In this document: positions 10,258 to 18,546 of the stretch, piece after piece
How the letters are laid out: the number at the start of each line of letters is the position of its first letter
Numbering within the stretch: position 1 is the stretch's first letter
NCBI GenBank assembly: GCA_963708075.1
Contig: OY970194.1
Span: 5,984,001-6,048,000, forward strand
Direction: 5' to 3'
Origin: Sedimentisphaerales bacterium
GTDB lineage: Bacteria; Planctomycetota; Phycisphaerae; Sedimentisphaerales; Anaerobacaceae
DNA length: 64,000 bases
The notes under the pieces: model-generated
Seen by the model: the letters and a program-made list of their open reading frames with translations, nothing else
The model's database searches: none
What the model was told of the DNA's origin: nothing
Program-made: the position numbers and the translations under genes

Positions 10258-10743
10258 TTATCTCAGTTCGAGGATGTGGGCTTGGTCGCAACGGCAGGAG
10301 AGGTGGGTGGGGACGTAGGGCTTGAAACCGTAAGCCTTGTAGAGGCTGATAGCTTCCTTCAAGACTGAGGCGGTTTCGAGGGTGACTTGTTGGAAGCCGA
10401 GCCGGCGGGCTTCGACCAGGGCGTGTTCCAGCAGTTGTCTGCCGAGGCCCTTGCCGCGATAGTCCCGGTGCAAGTACATCTTTCGCAGCTCACAGGTGGC
10501 TGAATCTATGGAATAGAGGCCATAGGAGCCAACGATCGAGCCATCTGTCGCTTCGAGTACGTAGAAAACGCCGCCGCGTTTGAAATAGGACTGCTCGATA
10601 TCGCACAGGTCGGCGTCGGTGCAGGCGGGGTCAGGCTTGAGATGGTATTCGCCGAGAACCGTGAAGACCAGGCTTCGCACTTGCTCGCAATCGGCGTTTG
10701 TCGCGGGGCGCAATCTCGGCCATGTCGTCATAGCTTTTGACAT
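10258..10743 (-). CDS. GNAT family N-acetyltransferase
   Basis: CELRKMYL...RGKGLG, LET....EAI.LY...GF. Confidence 0.9.
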   Translation of the reverse strand: MSKAMTTWPRLRPATNADCEQVRSLVFTVLGEYHLKPDPACTDADLCDIEQSYFKRGGVFYVLEATDGSIVGSYGLYSIDSATCELRKMYLHRDYRGKGLGRQLLEHALVEARRLGFQQVTLETASVLKEAISLYKAYGFKPYVPTHLSCRCDQAHILELR

Positions 10744-10746
10744 CTG

Positions 10747-11655
10747 CTATTTGAGATTTGAGATTCTCCTGAGCAGGTCCGGGTGGAAGGCGCCTTCGAA
10801 TGTGCCTTCGACCGGGCCGGTCATGCGGATCCGGCCGTCGGGGGCGATCTCGATCTGCAGCTCGCCGCCAGGCATGTGGACGGTGACGTCGTTGTCCACC
10901 ATGCCGAGGCGATGCGTCGCGGCGGCGGCGGCGCAGGAGCTGCTGCCCGAGGCCAGCGTATAGCCCGCCCCGCGCTCCCAGATGCGAATGTCGATATTCG
11001 CCCGGTCGATCACCTGCACGATCTGCATGTTGATGCGGTTCGGGAACATCTTGTGGTTCTCGACATAGGGCCCGATGGCCCGGGCGGTTTCCTCGCTGAC
11101 CCCCTTCATCGGGATCACGCAATGCGGATTGCCAATCGACAGGCAAGTCACTTTGTACTCGGTGCCCTTGATATCGAGGGGCTCATCGACGACCTCGCGC
11201 TTCGGGCCGGCGACGGGGATCTCGTTGCTGATGAACGTGACTTTGCCCATGTCGATGCGGATCAGGTTGGCCGTCTCGTCCTTGACCTGCACGTCCACGA
11301 TGCCGCCGAGCGTCTTGATCTTGAAGCTCTTTCCGCGCACGTACTTCTTCTCGAAGAGGTACTTGGCGAAGATGCGCAGCCCATTGCCGCTCTTTTCCGC
11401 CTCGCTGCCGTCAGGGTTGAAAATCCGCAGGGCGGGCATGTCATGTGTGGCACCCCCGCCCTCGGGGATGACTGATCCCCAGCCGAGGGCGGCTGGGCTA
11501 CATGGCCCGTACAGGATGCCATCGGAGCCGACACCGAAATTCCGGTCGCAGATCAGGCGGATGTTCAGCTCCGTCATGGCGACATCGCGCACACTGGGAT
11601 CGATGACGAGGTAATCGTTGCCGAGACCGTGGTACTTCTTGAAATCGACAGCCAT
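10747..11655 (-). CDS. dapF: diaminopimelate epimerase with an internal REP-derived insertion
   Basis: FKKYHGLGND, CDRNFGVGSDG, FNPDGSEAEKSGNG, GNPHCV, WERGAGYTLASGS; Ser at the usual catalytic Cys positions. Confidence 0.9.
   Translation of the reverse strand: MAVDFKKYHGLGNDYLVIDPSVRDVAMTELNIRLICDRNFGVGSDGILYGPCSPAALGWGSVIPEGGGATHDMPALRIFNPDGSEAEKSGNGLRIFAKYLFEKKYVRGKSFKIKTLGGIVDVQVKDETANLIRIDMGKVTFISNEIPVAGPKREVVDEPLDIKGTEYKVTCLSIGNPHCVIPMKGVSEETARAIGPYVENHKMFPNRINMQIVQVIDRANIDIRIWERGAGYTLASGSSSCAAAAATHRLGMVDNDVTVHMPGGELQIEIAPDGRIRMTGPVEGTFEGAFHPDLLRRISNLK
11446..11502. repeat. GTAG-type REP doublet inside dapF
   Basis: Minus strand TGTAGCCCAGCCGCCCTCGGCTGGGG-ATCAGT-CATCCCCGAGGGCGGGGGTGCCACA; same family as 32475-32535. 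Confidence 0.8.
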
Positions 11656-11696
11656 TTTCAGTTGCTCCGGAAAAGGACCTCAGGGACCACAAGGAC

Positions 11697-12854
11697 CTAA
11701 AGCTCCAGCTCCATGAATGTGACGCCTTCGACGGGCACGTACTGGTACGGCGGGATCTCCCGAAAGCCCAGCGACCTGTAAAGGCTCCGGGCGGGCTCGA
11801 ACGCCGTGTCCAGTCGCATACGCTTATACCCGATCCGGCGAGCCTCTTCAATGATGGCCTGGGCCAGGGCCTTGCCGATCCCATTTCCCCGGTGCGCCGG
11901 TTGCACGAACAGCCGCTTCATCTCACACATCCCATCGCCGATCTGTCGCAGCGCCACGCATCCCACGAACGTATCGTTGTGCCTGGCCATCAGCATCCGG
12001 CCGCCCGGCGGCGCGTACCGCCCGGGCAAGGTCCGGAGCTCTTCTTCAAAATTCTGAAACGACAGATCGAACGGCAGACTCGCTTCATACTCCCGGAACA
12101 GTGTCCTGACGACCTGAAGTTCTTCCACCGTCGCCAGGATGATGTGGGCGTTGCCTTCCCTCAATGTGCGCGCCAGGAATCGTTGGGTCCAGGGACAGGC
12201 GTTGATGCAGATGCCGCAGATCGTGGCCTTGATGCCGTTGTGTGCCGCAAAGGCCCGTGCCGTCCTGAAGCATGCTGTTGCATCATAGATCCGGTCTCTC
12301 GCGATGCCTGGTTGCCAACTCTCGCCCGTGACAGCTCCGGCCGGGCAGCGATCGACACACTGGCGACAGTCGCCGCAGTGCGAAGCCTCCGTTGGCGTTC
12401 CGATCTCCAGCGGCGCGTCCGTGAGGACGGAGCCGAGTCGAACGGCGGATCCGTACTCTCTCGTGACAAGTAATCCGCATTTGCCGATCCACCCCAGCCC
12501 CGCGCGCGTCGCGGCGGTCTTATGCTGGAATCGCGTCGCCAATGTGGTTTTGTCGATTTGCTCCGTCGTCGCTCGGAACACGTGAGCGTGGTGTCCGGCA
12601 TCTCTCAGGACATCGGTGACTTGCCCGGACAAGTGGTCCAGGAGCACATTGGCCCGCTCGTATTCGACGAGATAGGCTGTGGTCGGGCCGTCTCTGATGT
12701 CGCGGATCACCGCCGGGTCGAGTGCCACCGCCAGTGAGACCGCCCGCGTCAAGCCGTCCGTGATCTCAATGGGCAAGCACGAAACATCCGCAAAGCCGAC
12801 CGGGCCTGCGCCAAGGCGGCTCGCTAATTGCCGGATGCTGTCTTCAATGCTCAT
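11697..12854 (-). CDS. QueG/reductive-dehalogenase-like 4Fe-4S protein fused to C-terminal GNAT
   Basis: HKTAATRAGLGWIGK, YGSAVRLGSVLTD, CxxCxxCxxxCP and CxxCxxxCP; C-terminal CEMKRLFV...RGNGIG. Confidence 0.8.
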   Translation of the reverse strand: MSIEDSIRQLASRLGAGPVGFADVSCLPIEITDGLTRAVSLAVALDPAVIRDIRDGPTTAYLVEYERANVLLDHLSGQVTDVLRDAGHHAHVFRATTEQIDKTTLATRFQHKTAATRAGLGWIGKCGLLVTREYGSAVRLGSVLTDAPLEIGTPTEASHCGDCRQCVDRCPAGAVTGESWQPGIARDRIYDATACFRTARAFAAHNGIKATICGICINACPWTQRFLARTLREGNAHIILATVEELQVVRTLFREYEASLPFDLSFQNFEEELRTLPGRYAPPGGRMLMARHNDTFVGCVALRQIGDGMCEMKRLFVQPAHRGNGIGKALAQAIIEEARRIGYKRMRLDTAFEPARSLYRSLGFREIPPYQYVPVEGVTFMELEL

Positions 12855-12876
12855 GCAATGCTCCTTCGGCGGCCAA

Positions 12877-13191
12877 TCAAACGTCCTCGACAAGAACAAC
12901 TTTCACGAAATCTGTCAACACTCTGGCTTTGTGCCGGTGCTCGTGTCCGGGCCTGATGAACAAACCATCGCCGGGACACAGGGTCACGACCTGGCCATGG
13001 AAGTCCACCTCCATTTGGCCTTCGAGCACGTATCCGATGTGCCCCCTGGTGCACCAGTCGGGCTCGACGAAGTCCTTTGTGAACTGCGCCAGCCGCAGTC
13101 TTCGCCCATCCTGTTCACAGGCTTTGAACCTCACCCCGGGGGCCGGCTGCTCCCATGGCATCGATCCGAAGTCCACTCTGTAACGTTCCAT
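12877..13191 (-). CDS. cupin domain protein
   Basis: WCTRGHIGYVLEG...PGDGLFI..G.EHRH cupin motifs. Confidence 0.8.
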   Translation of the reverse strand: MERYRVDFGSMPWEQPAPGVRFKACEQDGRRLRLAQFTKDFVEPDWCTRGHIGYVLEGQMEVDFHGQVVTLCPGDGLFIRPGHEHRHKARVLTDFVKVVLVEDV

Positions 13192-13213
13192 ACTTCATTC
13201 CTCAATGTGCTGC

Positions 13214-13682
13214 TCAATGCTGCTGGTTCGATTTCTGCCACACGTAGTGTTTGCCTCTGGCGTGCGACCAGTGCTCCACCCCGTACTTTTGGATCATCCG
13301 CAGGTTATGTTTCACCGTGTCGCCGTGGCAGGTGCACAGGATCTTCAGGGTATCGCAGGCCTCGAAATCCCCGCACTGCCAGCAGCCTTCCAGCCCCTTC
13401 TGGCGCGCACAGGTGCGAATTGCACAGTTGGGATTGCCGCCGCCGTGGAAACAGGTCTTCGGGCATCGCAACGTCAGGATCGCATCCAAAACCTCGCGGA
13501 ACGTTCCATAGGCGTTGAAGGTTCTCGTTGTGTGCACTCTTGTGCTCTGCGTACTTCTCGAATTGGCAGTCTTCGAGCTGCTGTCTCAGCGCAGTGGCAG
13601 CGTTGAACAGGGACTGATTTGCAGGAATGCAGTCCCCGCAGTACAGGCCGCAATATGCGGTTTGCTCTCGATCATTTGCCAC
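13214..13682 (-). pseudogene. DUF3795-type Cys-rich protein interrupted by a +1 frameshift near 13522
   Basis: N-half AYCGLYCGDC in one frame, C-half C...C..GGGNPNC.IR.C.....EGCWQC in another; RBS AAGGAG before GTG at 13682. Confidence 0.7.
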
Positions 13683-13726
13683 GCAAGATTCTCCTTTCAT
13701 CCGTCTGCCGTTTAGAGCAGGGCGGG

Positions 13727-14614
13727 TCATACCAGTTCCGCTTTGGCGATTGGGATGACCTTTCCGCCGACGTTCACCTCGATCCGTTCACCGCTTCGCC
13801 CGGCGCGCAGGTAGATCAGCGAGGGCCGGCCGATCTCGTAGCCCTGCTCCACCCGGACATCGATCTGGTCCGTGTCGAAATAGCGGTGCTTGACCAGGTA
13901 GGCGGCAAAGCAACTATTCGCGCTTCCCGTGGCAGGATCTTCCACGATGCCGTAGTAATCGGCAAACGCACGGGCGTGAATGTGATTGGCCGGATCGACA
14001 GTTTGGCGACAGAAGACGAAAAGCATTTTCGCCGGGCGGTCCTTGACCCAGTCGAGCCATTTGTCGCGCACGACGCCGGCGCGTCTGACCGCCTCCAGGC
14101 TCCGCAACGGCAACAGGATGAACGGCAGTCCGGTTGAGACCGACTGAATTGGAAAGTCAGTGTCGATGTCTGCTCCGGCGATAGTCAGAAGCGGAGCAAG
14201 CTCACCAATGTCGAGCACCTCGCTGAAGGTCGCCTCCTTTGGCGTCATCCACAGGATGTCCCGGCCATCGCTCTGGCGGTCGAAGCGGACCGGGATTTGC
14301 CCTACCTTGAGATTCAGATTCACCTGCCGGATGGGCTGCCGGAGAATCTCCTGCCGGATGATGTACGCGGTCCCCAGCGTGGGATGTCCCGCGAATGGGA
14401 CCTCGGCGGCGGGTGTGAAGATCCGCACATCATAACCGCCGTCATGCTCAGTGTCCGACAGAACAAACGTCGTCTCCGAGAAGTTCATCTCCCTGGCAAT
14501 CTTCTGCATCTCATCGCTCGAAAGATCGCGTGCATTCCTGAAGACCGCAAGCTGATTGCCTGCATATTTCTGCTCTGCGAAGACGTCAACGATATGGAAC
14601 GGGACAGCTTTCAT
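13727..14614 (-). CDS. PhzF family isomerase
   Basis: VDVFAE..YAGNQLAV, IAREMNFSETTF, RIFTP..EVPFAGHPTLG, EDPATGSAN, QG.EIGRPS; ATGA overlap at 14611-14614. Confidence 0.92.
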   Translation of the reverse strand: MKAVPFHIVDVFAEQKYAGNQLAVFRNARDLSSDEMQKIAREMNFSETTFVLSDTEHDGGYDVRIFTPAAEVPFAGHPTLGTAYIIRQEILRQPIRQVNLNLKVGQIPVRFDRQSDGRDILWMTPKEATFSEVLDIGELAPLLTIAGADIDTDFPIQSVSTGLPFILLPLRSLEAVRRAGVVRDKWLDWVKDRPAKMLFVFCRQTVDPANHIHARAFADYYGIVEDPATGSANSCFAAYLVKHRYFDTDQIDVRVEQGYEIGRPSLIYLRAGRSGERIEVNVGGKVIPIAKAELV

Positions 14615-15090
14615 AGTAAGCTCCTCTGCATTTTGAAGAAGTCCAGACGTTGGTCGTTCTCCAGCGGCAGGAAGGTTTTCTCCACAGTGACATAACCCAG
14701 CCTGTCGTAGAACACCTTGGCAGGCAGTGATGCATCCAGCCGCACCGTTGCGATTCCTAATGAACGGGCCGTCTCTTCCAGGTATCGCATGATCCGACGG
14801 CCCTCGCCGTGCCTTTGAGCCCACGGGTCCACAAAGACTCGTTTGATTTCATCGCCGACGAGGGTGCCGGTGCCAATCGCCCGGCCGGCTCTCTCCAGCA
14901 CGGCTGTGCACCCCCCCTTTGCATCCGCGCGAATCGCCTGTTCATCGTGATAGTTCATGAAGAAGCGGACCGCCTCCGGGCAGTAATGCCCTGGATAGCA
15001 GACGGCGATCGTCCTATGAATCATCGATTTCAAAGGCATCAGGTCTGCTTCGCGAAACATCCTGATGCTCAACGGAGCTTCTTCTTTCAT
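14611..15090 (-). CDS. GNAT family N-acetyltransferase
   Basis: IKRVFVDP..QRHG.GR.IM, LDASLPA..FY..LGY. Confidence 0.85.
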   Translation of the reverse strand: MKEEAPLSIRMFREADLMPLKSMIHRTIAVCYPGHYCPEAVRFFMNYHDEQAIRADAKGGCTAVLERAGRAIGTGTLVGDEIKRVFVDPWAQRHGEGRRIMRYLEETARSLGIATVRLDASLPAKVFYDRLGYVTVEKTFLPLENDQRLDFFKMQRSLL

Positions 15091-15115
15091 GATCTGGACT
15101 CCATCACAATCTGAA

Positions 15116-15934
15116 TCAGCGTACCTGCCGGGCGGCCGTGGTCAAGCTTTCGGCTGCTGCCGGCACGGACTTTCTCGTGCACAAATACGCCGCCAGGAAG
15201 TCGTCCTTGTAGTCGACGTCATCGATCTGGAAGCCGGCTCGTTCGAGCAGACCCTCCATGATCCAGCTACAGGTGCTGTACTCTTCGCGCACGTGTGTCT
15301 CCGCGGCCCTGTGGCCGTTCGGAACCGTGTGGATGCTCATCTTCTCAATGAACCGCTCGACGGCCGGCGCATAGCGGCCGACATCGAAGGAAAAGACCAC
15401 GTCGAACAGATAGAGACGCCCGTTCGGCTTCAGCATCGACGCCAGGCGATGCAGCCCTACGAGTTTCCAGAAATCCGGCAGATGATGCAGCGCAACGACC
15501 GAGACAATGGCATCGACCGGCTCGTCCGTATGTTCATAAGTCAGGAACCCGCCGCGACGGAACTCGATATTGGTCAGGCCGGCTTTCCTCGCTTTTCGGC
15601 GGGCGCGGCCCAGCATGGCTTTCGCGACATCGACAGCGTAGACCTTCCGGTAGTGCGGCGCCGCGTGGATCGCGAAGGCGCCGGTGCCGCAGCCCATGTC
15701 GAGCACGGCCGCGGAGTTGTCCAGTCCGAGCGCTGCGACGATCTGCTCGGCTTCCCGCCGGTAGTCCCGGAACGTCTGGTGGTACTTGTCGTAGCCCCTG
15801 GCTACGAAGAAGCTGTTGAAGTCCGCGCCGCAGGACCTCATCTCATCGTACCGCCACGCGGGGCCTCGCGCCTCGTTGACCGCGTTCACGTAGTCCAGGT
15901 AAAAGTCGATGTCCATTTCTCTGATCCCTCTCAT
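15116..15934 (-). CDS. class I SAM-dependent methyltransferase
   Basis: VLDMGCGTG, YAVDV...ML, ALHHLPDFWK, LKPNGRLYL. Confidence 0.9.
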   Translation of the reverse strand: MRGIREMDIDFYLDYVNAVNEARGPAWRYDEMRSCGADFNSFFVARGYDKYHQTFRDYRREAEQIVAALGLDNSAAVLDMGCGTGAFAIHAAPHYRKVYAVDVAKAMLGRARRKARKAGLTNIEFRRGGFLTYEHTDEPVDAIVSVVALHHLPDFWKLVGLHRLASMLKPNGRLYLFDVVFSFDVGRYAPAVERFIEKMSIHTVPNGHRAAETHVREEYSTCSWIMEGLLERAGFQIDDVDYKDDFLAAYLCTRKSVPAAAESLTTAARQVR

Positions 15935-15991
15935 TTGACATACCTCTCACGTCCTCGCAAAACCCCTTGTTTTGCTGGTCCTGTGGAAATG

Positions 15992-16032
15992 AAAAAAGCC
16001 TTTCAGGGTCTTGTGCTCCCTGAAAGGCTTTT
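15992..16032 (-). terminator. rho-independent terminator (attenuator) upstream of the methyltransferase
   Basis: 15-bp perfect inverted repeat AAAAGCCTTTCAGGG / CCCTGAAAGGCTTTT with 9-nt loop, ending in a U-tract on the minus strand. Confidence 0.85.
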
Positions 16033-16060
16033 AGAACTCTTCAATGGTTGGGTTCGTCCT

Positions 16061-16204
16061 TTAGGGAGCCGCCTCCTTTCCGATGGCTACCACCATAATC
16101 ATGGCGTCCTTGGCCAGGATGGCAGCCAGGGCGGCGCGCACAAGCAGCGTCGTCACGGCGTGACGCGTCAAAGGCTTATGCGTGTTTTCCCTAATCTGAA
16201 CCAT
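16061..16204 (-). CDS. putative 47-aa attenuation leader peptide MVQIRENTHKPLTRHAVTTLLVRAALAAILAKDAMIMVVAIGKEAAP
   Basis: Lies between a consensus promoter and the terminator; its stop codon sits inside a predicted antiterminator strand. Confidence 0.65.
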   Translation of the reverse strand: MVQIRENTHKPLTRHAVTTLLVRAALAAILAKDAMIMVVAIGKEAAP

Positions 16205-16237
16205 GGAGATACTCTCACTCGAAACGATTACAGGCCG

Positions 16238-16266
16238 ATCGTACAAGGACCAAAAAACCTTGTCAA
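16238..16266 (-). promoter_or_regulatory. sigma70-type promoter
   Basis: TTGACA-N17-TACGAT on minus strand. Confidence 0.75.
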
Positions 16267-16316
16267 GAAGAATTATGGAAAAAATCATCAGGAATTCTCG
16301 GGCACGCGCATCGCGA

Positions 16317-17429
16317 TCAAGCCAGGAGTGTCTCAATCACGTTCCTGAACAGATCGGCGGCTCGTTCGAGGTCGGCAGTGTCGATGTACTCGTCGGTCTG
16401 GTGGCAGAGCTTCGGCTTGCCGGGGCCGTAGAGGACGATGGGGGCGCCGAGCGGCACGACGTGCGGGGCGTCGGTGGTGTAGCCGATCACGTTTGTCAAA
16501 TCGACATCCACGGCCGAGCAGAGCCGCTTGACGAACTCGCACTCAGGGTCGGTTTCCATCGCTTTGGCCGAGCGCTCAATGACAAGCTCGGCGTCGAACT
16601 GTGGCGTTGTGGCCTTGAGTTGCGCGAGGATCCGCTCGATGTCGTAGCGCAAAGCCTCGTGGTCCTGTCCCGGCAGCGTGCGGATGTCCACGCCGATCGT
16701 GCACCCGTCCGGGATGATATTCATGGCCTCGCCGCCACTGATCGTGTTGACGCTCAGGGAGCTCTTGCCGAGCAGGGGGTGCGGCTCGAAAGGAATCTGG
16801 TACTGCTCCAGTGCATCGAGCACGCGTTTCATGGAGGTGATCGCATTGACGCCTCGCTCGGGCATGGAGCTGTGGGCGGCCTTGCCCCTCGTCGTGATCT
16901 TCAGCCAGAACAAGCCGCGGTGGGCGGTGACAACGCTGAGGTCCGTCGGCTCCGGAACGACGATGCCCCCCAGCGCGGGCAGACGGCCGCGATGCTGCAT
17001 GAACCGTTGAACGCCGGAACTGTCGGTTTCCTCGCCCGCGGTGGCGGCAAAAACGATATCGCCCTGCAGCGCCGCCCGTGAGTCCACCACTTTGCAGATG
17101 GCGGCCATGACGGCGGCGATTCCGCCTTTCATGTCCACCGTGCCCCGGCCGTAAATCCTGCCCTCTTTCTCGACAGCTCCAAACGGCGTGTGATTCCACG
17201 TCTCCTCGCCGGGACCGACCACGTCCAGATGGCACAGGAACAGCAGACCCGGGCGTTTGCGGGCGGTCTTCACCTGTGCGATCACATTCGCGCGATTTCC
17301 ATCCCACGGGTCGATCCGGCAGTCGATGCCGTGCTTGGTGAACCAGCGTGCGACCACATCAGCCGCCGCCGCTTCCCCTTTGCCCGCCGTCGAGTCGGCA
17401 CGAATCAGTTGTTTCAGCAAATCCTTCAT
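16317..17429 (-). CDS. M20 family metallohydrolase (ArgE/DapE-like)
   Basis: HLDVV, GRGTVDMKGG, GEE, EPT, GKAAHSS, YGPG....CH..DE. Confidence 0.9.
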   Translation of the reverse strand: MKDLLKQLIRADSTAGKGEAAAADVVARWFTKHGIDCRIDPWDGNRANVIAQVKTARKRPGLLFLCHLDVVGPGEETWNHTPFGAVEKEGRIYGRGTVDMKGGIAAVMAAICKVVDSRAALQGDIVFAATAGEETDSSGVQRFMQHRGRLPALGGIVVPEPTDLSVVTAHRGLFWLKITTRGKAAHSSMPERGVNAITSMKRVLDALEQYQIPFEPHPLLGKSSLSVNTISGGEAMNIIPDGCTIGVDIRTLPGQDHEALRYDIERILAQLKATTPQFDAELVIERSAKAMETDPECEFVKRLCSAVDVDLTNVIGYTTDAPHVVPLGAPIVLYGPGKPKLCHQTDEYIDTADLERAADLFRNVIETLLA

Positions 17430-17701
17430 GGCACGGCGATTATATCCCTGTGTCTTTGTGAATCAACTATGCAAACCCATGTCGCCGGCGACAGGAGGGG
17501 TTCATCCGGCCAATCGGCAAGCCGAACCCAAGTATCTGCCGCAGCAGAATTTATGTGTTCCGGGACCGAAGTGAAAAATCTGACGAAGAGCGTATGATTT
17601 TTTGGTTGCGGAGGGCTTGACAGCCGGACATAATAATGTGCTCAATGATTGCAGCGCCGATCCTCGCTGCTGCGAACGTCGGCCAGCCATGAGGAGCTTA
17701 A

Positions 17702-18439
17702 ATGGGACCTGTACTAAACGGGTTAATAAAACTTCAGAGTGTGGAAAATCGCCTCCGGGCCGCCCAAGCGAAGCTGGCCCGCAGTAGAAGAAGCGTTACC
17801 ATTCAGGAAAATCAAGTCCGAAGCCTCCAAAACGCCCTCGAAGCCAAAAAAGAGGAATGCCAGTTGACCAAGGTGCAGTCCGACCGCCTGGAGCTGGAGC
17901 TCAAGACCCGGGACCAGGAGGTGGGCAAGCTTCGGGCCTCCCTCAACGCCGCCAAGACCAACAAGGAATACGCCGCGGTGCTGACTCAGCTCAACACGAC
18001 CCGGGCCGACAACTCCAAGATCGAAACCCAGATCCTGGAGCTGATGAAGGCGGTCGAGGTGGACGAGGGAGAGTGCGAGAACATCCGCAAGCAGATCGAG
18101 GAGCAGAAGCAGGAGCTCGAGCAGACGCGAAAGAAGGTGGACAGTTCCGTGGCCGAGCATGAGGCGGAGATCGCGAAGATCCAGGCCGAGTGGAACGAGG
18201 CTGCCAAGGCGATCCCGCGCAAGGCCCTGGATGTCTTCAAACGCGTCGCCGATACCTACGATGGCGAGGCGGTCGCCATGATCGAGCAGCAGGAGGGCAG
18301 GACGGCTGCCTATAGCTGCGGCGGCTGCTACATGGGTGTGCCCGCCGAGAGTGTCAACCTGCTGATGACCAAAGACGATATTATCCGCTGCTCCAACTGC
18401 ACGCGAATCCTGGTGCTCAACCCGTCGCAGGAGTACTGA
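17702..18439 (+). CDS. coiled-coil protein with C4 zinc ribbon (DUF164 type)
   Basis: Long coiled coil, KTNKEY, C-terminal CGGC...CSNC.RIL. Confidence 0.88.
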   Translation: MGPVLNGLIKLQSVENRLRAAQAKLARSRRSVTIQENQVRSLQNALEAKKEECQLTKVQSDRLELELKTRDQEVGKLRASLNAAKTNKEYAAVLTQLNTTRADNSKIETQILELMKAVEVDEGECENIRKQIEEQKQELEQTRKKVDSSVAEHEAEIAKIQAEWNEAAKAIPRKALDVFKRVADTYDGEAVAMIEQQEGRTAAYSCGGCYMGVPAESVNLLMTKDDIIRCSNCTRILVLNPSQEY

Positions 18440-18546
18440 GGCGCGGGAACTGCAAGACGATGTGCGAAGTCGCACGGGGGCCGGACTGCATGAGCGGTTT
18501 CGTCGGTTGTGGCTCTACTTCTTGAATTCCCAATCGGTAATCAACG

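Noticed and set aside
16205..16336. 91-aa version of the ORF 16061..16336
   Set aside because: The N-terminal extension runs across the consensus promoter and overlaps the M20 gene end; ATG at 16204 fits better
18440..18546. RNase P RNA near the zinc ribbon / RNase HI genes
   Set aside because: Gap is only about 105 nt and lacks GAGGAAAGTCC
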